Source: Gammaproteobacteria bacterium (lineage in GTDB: Bacteria; Pseudomonadota; Gammaproteobacteria; Ga0077536). Taken from it: a stretch of DNA of 64,000 nucleotides. Below the pieces are notes generated by a model. The model did no database searches and was not told where the DNA came from. It saw only the letters and a list, made by a program, of their open reading frames with translations. Shown here piece by piece: positions 8,287-15,239 of the stretch; the stretch's first letter is position 1; each line of letters starts with the position of its first letter. The DNA lies in contig JALRCR010000002.1 in the NCBI GenBank assembly GCA_023257255.1, positions 5,000-68,999 on the forward strand, in the 5' to 3' direction. The position numbers and the translations under genes were made by a program.

Positions 8287-9390
8287 TCATTCAGCCGACG
8301 GGTCGGCGGCGGGCGCGGGCTCGGCGGCGACCTGTGTCTGGGCGTTGCTCAGGCTGGCGCGTGCGTCGTCAAACACGGCCCGGGCGGTGGCGTGGCTGTC
8401 GCTCAAGGTCACCAGCCCGCAGTCGAGCGGCAGCGGTTCGCCGCCTTCGCCGGCGAGGCGGTCGACCGTCTCCTGGAGCCGCTTGAAGGCAAAGGGCGCA
8501 CCCGCGCCGTCGGTATCCACCAGCAGGGCGGCCAGACAGTCTTCGCGAAAGAGCGCCGCACAGTCGCAGTCGCGCAGGGAATCTTTGGCGCCGGCCACCA
8601 GACGGCGCATGGCGTCGTTGGCGGCGTTTGAGCCGGCAGGAAAATCGCTTTCGCGAAACGCTACCAGCATCAGGCTGAGCGGGCGTTTGTAGCGTTTGCT
8701 CGCCGCGACTTCCTGCGTCAGGCGTTCATCAAAGTAGGAAAACGAATACAGGCCGAATTCGGTATCGACCAGACTGCCGGCGCCGCGCGCATCGCCCAGT
8801 TCGCCCCGGTTGACGGCCAGCCCGCCGCGGGCATTCAGCCGGTAGGCGTAGACGGTGCGCAGTTCGGCGCGATCGGCAGGGTGCTGCTTACCGCATTTCA
8901 GGCAGAGGCAGCGGGTGTCGGGTTCGCTGCTAACGTAGTTGCAGGCCCGGCACAGATAGCTGCTGGCCGGGCGCTCGTAGTCCACGCCGATGTGCCGCAA
9001 CTGGTGGCCGCACTTCCGGCACGTATAGCGCACGCCGTCCTGAAACTCGCTTTCCGGCGCGGTATGGCCGCAGCGGAAGTGATGCAGCAGGTCGCCAATT
9101 TCCACATTGCTGCTCGCGCAAGCCGGGCAGGTTTCGCGAAACATCAGGGCATGGTGGTGGCAGTCGGGACAGTAGTACCCGCGCTCGGCGAACTGCCGTT
9201 CCAGATAACCCAGCTCGCAGAGTTGTTCCAGGTCTGCTTCGAGTTCTGCCGGGCTGAGGTTGAGACCAGACGCGTCCGGATAACTGAAGCCGCTGCTGAC
9301 GCCCGGGTCTGGTACTGGGCTTAGAAGTTGCTGGTGCGCGTTGGCCGCCAGGCTGAGCAGCGCCAGATAGCGGTCGCGAGGGGAAAGCAT
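8287..9390 (-). CDS. multi-zinc-ribbon (TackOD1-like) protein with a degenerate GGDEF domain that keeps an RxxD I-site; candidate c-di-GMP receptor
   Basis: 367 aa. Cys pairs CPDC (74-77), CPAC (88-91), CRKC (124-127), CRAC (147-150) and CLCLKC (161-166). GGDEF-like start 'GLYSFSYFDERLTQEVAASKRYKRPLSLMLVAF'. The A-site position reads 'REDCL' instead of GG(D/E)EF. 'RDCD' (res 273-276, nt 8563-8574) sits exactly 5 residues upstream of it. Confidence 0.6.
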   Translation of the reverse strand: MLSPRDRYLALLSLAANAHQQLLSPVPDPGVSSGFSYPDASGLNLSPAELEADLEQLCELGYLERQFAERGYYCPDCHHHALMFRETCPACASSNVEIGDLLHHFRCGHTAPESEFQDGVRYTCRKCGHQLRHIGVDYERPASSYLCRACNYVSSEPDTRCLCLKCGKQHPADRAELRTVYAYRLNARGGLAVNRGELGDARGAGSLVDTEFGLYSFSYFDERLTQEVAASKRYKRPLSLMLVAFRESDFPAGSNAANDAMRRLVAGAKDSLRDCDCAALFREDCLAALLVDTDGAGAPFAFKRLQETVDRLAGEGGEPLPLDCGLVTLSDSHATARAVFDDARASLSNAQTQVAAEPAPAADPSAE

Positions 9391-9522
9391 GGTCGGTCAA
9401 ATCCTTGGATAAATCCTGAGCGGCCTGAGCATGCCCGTCGAGGGCACAACAAACTTGCACGCACGCTAATGCTGCGCGCGCACTTTTACAATCCGTTGTC
9501 CTGAGTTTTGTGGGCGCTCTCC

Positions 9523-11262
9523 TCAGGCTGTGCCACCGCGCAGGATGCGGCCAGGGCGCGCGCCCGTATCCTGCCCCGCGCGTGTGACAAATTGCCCCCG
9601 CACGCAGGTGCCGACATAGCCGCTGACCTGTTCGGTCAGGCGCGGCATGCCGGCGGGCAGGTCGTAGACCATGGCGGGTGCGGCGGTCGCGAGGCGGCTC
9701 AGGTCGATGAGGTTGAGGTCGGCGCGCAGGCCGGGGAGCAGGCGTCCGCGATCGCGAAATCCGAACAGGTCGGCGTTGGCCCCGCTCAGCTTGTGGACCA
9801 CATATTCCAGCGGCAGATGGTGTGCGCTCTGCGGGTCCGTGTCGCGCACCCAGCGAGTCAGCATGTAGCTGTGCATGCCGGCGTCGGCGATGAAGCGCAC
9901 GTGGGCGCCGGCGTCGCTCAAGCCCAGCGCGGAGAGCGGATGGCGCAGCATGGCGTGCAGGGCGTTGGCGTTACCTTCGGCGTAGTTCACGCCGAAGTGG
10001 GTGAGGATGGCGCGGCCGTTGTTTTGCAGCAGCAGGTCATAGGCCACCGCTTGCGGCGTGCGCCCGGTGCGCCGCGCGATTTCAGCCACCGAGTTTTCCC
10101 GCGGCGGGGTGTAGTCGATCGGCGAACCGGCGGCGTAGGTGTGTTCCCACAGCACCGGATTTTTGTACATCAGTGAAAAGCCGGTGTCGTTAGGGTCCAC
10201 ATCGGCCAGCAGGCGCGCGCGCACTTCGGGGTTGGCCAGCGCGGCGTAGCGTGCGGCAAAGGGCAGGTCGCGCAGCGGCTGGTAGCTCGGCATGAAGCGC
10301 CAGGGATGCTCGCCCTCAAAGCTGAACAGGATGGAGATCGGGCGCCCGGAAACCTGCGGAATCAGGCGGTGACCGTCGCGCGCGGCGGCTTCGCACACCG
10401 CGAGCTGGCGTTGCCACTGGGCCGGGTCGAGGTTGTGTTGTAGCAGCAGAAACATCACCGCCGATCCGGAGCGGGCCGCCACGTTGCGCATCAGCTGCAT
10501 TTCGCGGTCGAGTCCTTCAAGGTCTTCGCCCACGATGCCGGCATTCACCATTTCGAGCAGCCCGTGACCGCTGGCCTTGACCGCGCCGGCGAGCGCGGCA
10601 AGCTCGTCTTCGGCGGCGAAAGTGCCCGGCACCGGTCGCCCGTCGACGGCGATATGGATCGCCGTGCGCGAACTCGACAGGCCAACCGCGCCGGCCGCCA
10701 TGGCGTCCCGGGTCAGTCGCGCCATCGCCGCGATGTCCTCGCCCGTCGCATTTTCATTGGCCGCGCCGCGTTCGCCCATCACATAGGCGCGCAGGGCACC
10801 GTGCGCCAGCATGGCCGCGAGGTCGAAGGCCCGCGGGGTGGCATCCAGCGCGTCGAGGTATTGCGGAAAGCTCTCCCAGTTCCACTGCATCCCGGCTTCC
10901 AGCGAGGCGCCGGGGATGTCTTCCACCCCTTCCATCAGGCCGATCAGCCACTGCTGCTGGCTTGGTCGGGCGGGCGCAAAACCCACCCCGCAGTTGCCCA
11001 TGATGGCGGTGGTCACGCCGTGACGCAGCGAGGGCATTAGCACCGGGTCCCAGCTGGCCTGTCCGTCGTAGTGGGTATGAATGTCGACCCAGCCGGGTGT
11101 GACCAGCAGGCCGTCAGCGTCGACTTGTTCTTTTGCCCGGCCCAGATGCGTGCCGATGGCGGCAATCTTGCCGTCGCGGATCGCCACATCGGCGGTGCGC
11201 GGCGCGGCGCCCGTGCCGTCAACCACCGTACCGCCTCGAATGAGGGTGTCGAACTCGGCCAT
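9523..11262 (-). CDS. N-acyl-D-amino-acid deacylase (D-aminoacylase) family amidohydrolase
   Basis: Start at ATG 11262, preceded by AGGAG. 'DTLIRGGTVVDGTGAAPRTADVAIRDGKIAAIG', 'LLVTPGWVDIHTHYDGQ'. The longer track ORF would overlap the upstream gene. Confidence 0.8.
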   Translation of the reverse strand: MAEFDTLIRGGTVVDGTGAAPRTADVAIRDGKIAAIGTHLGRAKEQVDADGLLVTPGWVDIHTHYDGQASWDPVLMPSLRHGVTTAIMGNCGVGFAPARPSQQQWLIGLMEGVEDIPGASLEAGMQWNWESFPQYLDALDATPRAFDLAAMLAHGALRAYVMGERGAANENATGEDIAAMARLTRDAMAAGAVGLSSSRTAIHIAVDGRPVPGTFAAEDELAALAGAVKASGHGLLEMVNAGIVGEDLEGLDREMQLMRNVAARSGSAVMFLLLQHNLDPAQWQRQLAVCEAAARDGHRLIPQVSGRPISILFSFEGEHPWRFMPSYQPLRDLPFAARYAALANPEVRARLLADVDPNDTGFSLMYKNPVLWEHTYAAGSPIDYTPPRENSVAEIARRTGRTPQAVAYDLLLQNNGRAILTHFGVNYAEGNANALHAMLRHPLSALGLSDAGAHVRFIADAGMHSYMLTRWVRDTDPQSAHHLPLEYVVHKLSGANADLFGFRDRGRLLPGLRADLNLIDLSRLATAAPAMVYDLPAGMPRLTEQVSGYVGTCVRGQFVTRAGQDTGARPGRILRGGTA

Positions 11263-11329
11263 GCGCGCGCTCCTGCGGGAATAAAGTGGGTCGATTATGT
11301 TGGGGCCTGCGCCGCAACAACCAGCGTTT

Positions 11330-12313
11330 TCAGCGCACCTTGAGCACCACATTACCGACCGCGCCCCGCTCGACAGCGCGATGGGCGGCGGCGATGTCGT
11401 CCAGCCCGAAGGTCGGACCCGGATGATGTTGCAGCTGCCCGCGCAACAGTTGGCGGGTAAGGTCGGCCAGCGCGGCGGCGCGGGCGGCGGGTGTCAGGTT
11501 GAAGACGATGAAAAAGCGGTAGCGCAGGTTCTTCAGCACGGACGGGAAAAAGGGCACGGGCACCTCAGCGCCGCCGGTGCCGTAGACGATGACATCGCCT
11601 TCGGCCGCGACCAGCGCGGCGTCTTGCGCGATGTTGGCCTTGCCGTCCACTTCGATGATGCGGTCGACGCCGCGCCCGTCGGTCAGCGCCAGCACCTGCG
11701 CGGCGAAATCCTCGGTCCGGTAGTTCAGCGCCTGTTCGGCCCCGGCGGCCAGCGCAAGCGCGGCCTTTTCCGGGCCGCTGACGCTGGCCAGCACGCGGCG
11801 CGCGCCGGCCGCCCGCGCAAACTGGATGGCGTAGTGCCCAACCGCGCCGGCGCCACCGGCCACCAGCACCGTTTTGTCCCGCACGCCGCCGTCGACCGCG
11901 ACCGCCTGCCAGGCCGTTAAGGCCGGAATGCCCAGACAGGCCCCGGCGAAAAAATCGGTGTGCTCAGGCAGCGGCACGGCCAGCGTGGCCGGCAAGGCGA
12001 TGTACTCGGCCGCCGTGCCGGCGGCGCGTCCCCAGGCGGCGTTGTACAGCCACACGCGTTCGCCGCAGCGGCTGCGGGCAATGCCGTCGCCAACCGCTTC
12101 GATAACACCGGCACCGTCGCTATGCGGCGTAATGCGCGGAAACGGAAGTGCGGTGCTGCGCAGCCCGGCGCGGGTTTTGACATCCACCGGATTGATGCCG
12201 GAGGCGTGTACGCGCACCAGTACTTCGCCCGGACCGGGCGCGGGCGTCGGCAGGTCGAGCACTTGCAGCACCGCCTCGGCGGGACCGGTACGTTCGTAAA
12301 CAGCAGCGCGCAT
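11330..12313 (-). CDS. NADPH:quinone oxidoreductase / zinc-type alcohol dehydrogenase (MDR) family
   Basis: 327 aa. 'MRAAVYERTGPAEAVLQVLDLPTPAPGPGEVLVRVHASGINPVDV' and the Rossmann motif 'VLVAGGAGAVG'. Confidence 0.85.
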   Translation of the reverse strand: MRAAVYERTGPAEAVLQVLDLPTPAPGPGEVLVRVHASGINPVDVKTRAGLRSTALPFPRITPHSDGAGVIEAVGDGIARSRCGERVWLYNAAWGRAAGTAAEYIALPATLAVPLPEHTDFFAGACLGIPALTAWQAVAVDGGVRDKTVLVAGGAGAVGHYAIQFARAAGARRVLASVSGPEKAALALAAGAEQALNYRTEDFAAQVLALTDGRGVDRIIEVDGKANIAQDAALVAAEGDVIVYGTGGAEVPVPFFPSVLKNLRYRFFIVFNLTPAARAAALADLTRQLLRGQLQHHPGPTFGLDDIAAAHRAVERGAVGNVVLKVR

Positions 12314-12337
12314 GGGCGTGTCTCTCCGGCGTTGGGC

Positions 12338-12961
12338 TTAGCGGTCGGGCGGGTTGTCGGCGATGCGCCACATATACAGCGCCAGCACCGAGCGATGTGG
12401 GGCGAACAGCGCAGCCGCACTGGACAGGTCATAGCGGGACTGCGTCACCAGAAACCGCTCCAGCGTTTTGCGGACCGCCAAGTCGCCGAGCGGCCAGATG
12501 TCAGGGTCGCGAAAATAGAACAGCGCTAGCATGTCGGCGGTCCACGGCCCGATGCCGCGCAGGGCGGTCAGCTCGATGGCGCGCGCGGCCGGCTCGAGGC
12601 GCGCCAGACGCTGACGCTTGAGCACGCCGGCCGCATCGGCTTCGGCCAGCGCCTTGAGGGTTTTCAGTTTGCCTGCCGACAGCCCACAAGCCAGCAGGGT
12701 GGCGTCGGGCAAGTTAAGCGCGAGGGCGGGAATAGATTGCTGCTCGGCCTTGCCCAGCGCCTCGACCCGGCCCCAGATGGTGCCGGCGGCGCGGGTCGAC
12801 AACTGCTGGCCGACGACCACCCGCGCAAGGTAGCGCGCCAGCGGTTGCTGATGCCGACTCGGCCAGTCCGGCGGGCCGACCGCGTCCATCGCCTGCGCCA
12901 AGGGGCGCGACACCCGCCGCGCGGTGCGCACAAAATCCGGATGAAGCAGGGCGAGATCCAT
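12338..12961 (-). CDS. DNA-3-methyladenine glycosylase II-like (HhH-GPD superfamily)
   Basis: 207 aa. 'LRGIGPWTADMLALFYFRDPDIWPLGDLAVRK' is a helix-hairpin-helix followed by the catalytic Asp region. Confidence 0.75.
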   Translation of the reverse strand: MDLALLHPDFVRTARRVSRPLAQAMDAVGPPDWPSRHQQPLARYLARVVVGQQLSTRAAGTIWGRVEALGKAEQQSIPALALNLPDATLLACGLSAGKLKTLKALAEADAAGVLKRQRLARLEPAARAIELTALRGIGPWTADMLALFYFRDPDIWPLGDLAVRKTLERFLVTQSRYDLSSAAALFAPHRSVLALYMWRIADNPPDR

Positions 12962-13102
12962 GGCCGGATTGTCGGCCGCAGGTCTGGCTTAAACAAGTTA
13001 TTGAAGGCGCGCGCGTCGGCGCGCTTTATCAGTAGAATGCCGTCTATCGGGGTCGTCGCATGGGCGCGGCCGTCATCTGGACTAACTCGGGAGAAGCAAA
13101 GC

Positions 13103-14929
13103 ATGGGCTGGCAACAGACAATTTTGCGGGTCAATCTCACCAACGGGACCTGCACGACGGAACCCCTCAACATGGACTGGGCCCAGCACTATCTGGGTTC
13201 ACGCGGACTGGCCACCAAATATCTGATGGCCGAAATCGACCCCAAGGTCGACCCGCTCTCGCCGGGCAACAAGCTCATCATCGCCACCGGCCCCTTGACC
13301 GGGACCGGCGCCTCCACCGGCGGACGCTGGACGGCGGTGACCAAAGGCGCCCTTACCGGCGCCATCGCCAGCTCCAACTCGGGCGGACAGTTCGGCGGCG
13401 AACTCAAGATGGCCGGCTACGATCTGGTCATTCTCGAAGGCCGTTCACCCACCCCGGTTTATCTGTACATCGAAGACGAGCGCGTGCAGCTGCTGCCGGC
13501 CGAGCACCTGTGGGGCCGGTCGGTGTGGGAAATCGAGCCGGCGATTAAAGACGCCCACAACGACCCGCTGATCCGGATTGCCTCGATCGGACAGGCCGGT
13601 GAGTACGGCAACCGCTACGCCTGCATCGTGAACGATTTGCACCGTGCCGCCGGCCGCTCCGGCGTGGGCGCGGTGATGGGCTCGAAGAACCTGAAAGCCA
13701 TCGCGGTTCGCGGGACCCGGGGCGTCAAGCCGCACGACCCGGCCAAGTTCATGGCGGCGGTCAAGGTGGCGACCGACGCGCTGGCCAGCAACAAGGGCCG
13801 CAAGGGCATGACCAGCGACGGCACCATCGCGATGATGGACGTCACCGGCGGCTTCGGTGCCTTGCCCACGCGCAACAACCGCGAAGTGCAGTTCGAGGAT
13901 GCCGGCAAGCTGAACGCCAAGGCCATGAAGTCGCCCAACGAGAACGGGCACACCAACCTCATCCAGAACGCCGCCTGCTTCGCCTGCACCATTGGCTGCG
14001 GGCGCATTTCGCACATCGACCCGCAGCACTTCTCGGTCAAGGACAAACCGCAGTACCAGAAAGCCTCGGGCGGTCTGGAGTACGAAACCGCTTACGCGCT
14101 CGGCTCGGCGGTGGGCGTGGGCGATATGGACGCCGCGACCTACGCCGGCTTCCTGTGTAACGAATACGGCATGGACCCGATCTCCTTCGGCGGCACGCTG
14201 GCGGCGGCGATGGAGCTCTTCACGGTCGGCGCCATTACGCTCGAGCAGACCGGCGGCGTAGATCTCTCCTTCGGTAACGCCGAGGCGCTCTGCCTGATGG
14301 CCGAACTGGCAGGCAAGGGCGAAGGCTTTGGCCGCGATCTGGGTCTCGGCTCCAAGCTGCTGTGCGAGAAATACGGCCGGCCCGAACTGTCGATGGCGGT
14401 GAAGGGGCAGGAGTTCGCGGCCTACGACGGTCGCGCCATGCAGGGCATGGGCTTGGGCTACGCCACCAGCAACCGCGGCGCCTGCCATCTGCGCGCCAAT
14501 CCCTACGGCGCGGACTTCACCAGCACCGCGACCGAAGGCAAGGCCGAGGTCGTCAAGACTTCGCAGGACCTCATCTCCGCGATCGATGCGACGGGCCTGT
14601 GCCTGTTCACCCTGCATTCCGGCGCGACGCCCGAGCACTACGCCATGCAGATCGACGGCGCCTGTGAAGGCGACTGGACGCTGCCGCGTTTCCTCGAAAC
14701 CGGTGAGCGCATCTGGAACCTCGAGCGGCAGTTCAATCTGGCCGCGGGTCTGACCGCCAAGGACGACACCCTGCCCAAGCGCATCCTGGAAGAACCGGCG
14801 CCCAGCGGGGTGGCGAAAGGACTGGTCAGCGGTCTGAAGACCATGCTGCCCGAGTACTACCAGCTGCGCGGTTGGGGCGAAGACGGCGTGCCGACCGGCG
14901 AGACGCTGTCTCGGCTCGGACTCAAATAG
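13103..14929 (+). CDS. aor: aldehyde:ferredoxin oxidoreductase (tungsto/molybdopterin AOR family)
   Basis: Start at ATG 13103, after 'GGGAGAAG'. 'ILRVNLTNGTCTTEPL', 'GSRGLATKYL', 'AAGRSGVGAVMGSKNLKAIAVRG'. [4Fe-4S] ligands 'CFACTIGCGR' plus the later 'DATGLCLF'. Confidence 0.9.
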   Translation: MGWQQTILRVNLTNGTCTTEPLNMDWAQHYLGSRGLATKYLMAEIDPKVDPLSPGNKLIIATGPLTGTGASTGGRWTAVTKGALTGAIASSNSGGQFGGELKMAGYDLVILEGRSPTPVYLYIEDERVQLLPAEHLWGRSVWEIEPAIKDAHNDPLIRIASIGQAGEYGNRYACIVNDLHRAAGRSGVGAVMGSKNLKAIAVRGTRGVKPHDPAKFMAAVKVATDALASNKGRKGMTSDGTIAMMDVTGGFGALPTRNNREVQFEDAGKLNAKAMKSPNENGHTNLIQNAACFACTIGCGRISHIDPQHFSVKDKPQYQKASGGLEYETAYALGSAVGVGDMDAATYAGFLCNEYGMDPISFGGTLAAAMELFTVGAITLEQTGGVDLSFGNAEALCLMAELAGKGEGFGRDLGLGSKLLCEKYGRPELSMAVKGQEFAAYDGRAMQGMGLGYATSNRGACHLRANPYGADFTSTATEGKAEVVKTSQDLISAIDATGLCLFTLHSGATPEHYAMQIDGACEGDWTLPRFLETGERIWNLERQFNLAAGLTAKDDTLPKRILEEPAPSGVAKGLVSGLKTMLPEYYQLRGWGEDGVPTGETLSRLGLK

Positions 14930-14981
14930 GACTGTAGTGCGGCGCCCGGTAGATGCCGGGCGCCGCTCGCCAGGAGGCGCG

Positions 14982-15236
14982 ATGCGGGTCAACGTAAAAC
15001 TGATGGGCTGGCTGCGGCACTATCTCCGCGAAGGAATAGAGGAGTTTGACGACCGCGATCTGGACCTCGCCAGCGGCGAGACCGTCGGCAGCCTTGCCAC
15101 CACCCTCGGTTTCCGCGGCGAACTCGACTTTCTTGCCCTGCTGAACGGCGAGCGCGTGCTGACTGACAGCTTCGATCAGGCCTTGCTCAAGGACGGTGAT
15201 GAACTGGTGCTGATCCCGCCGCTGAAAGGCGGTTAG
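14982..15236 (+). CDS. MoaD/ThiS-family ubiquitin-like sulfur-carrier protein
   Basis: 84 aa from ATG 14982 (AGGAGG upstream). Ends in '...LIPPLKGG' with a C-terminal Gly-Gly. Sits immediately after aor. Confidence 0.7.
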   Translation: MRVNVKLMGWLRHYLREGIEEFDDRDLDLASGETVGSLATTLGFRGELDFLALLNGERVLTDSFDQALLKDGDELVLIPPLKGG

Positions 15237-15239
15237 CGG

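Noticed and set aside
9391-9522. Promoter or operator for the EPS-type operon
   Set aside because: Only weak matches were found (TTGTAA-14-CATTAG on the minus strand, plus short 4-6 bp hairpins). I could not support a specific site by eye.
13445-14992. 515-aa ORF on the minus strand
   Set aside because: It is entirely antisense to the well-supported AOR gene. Its composition is Arg/Gly/Ala/His-rich and motif-free, a typical high-GC shadow ORF.
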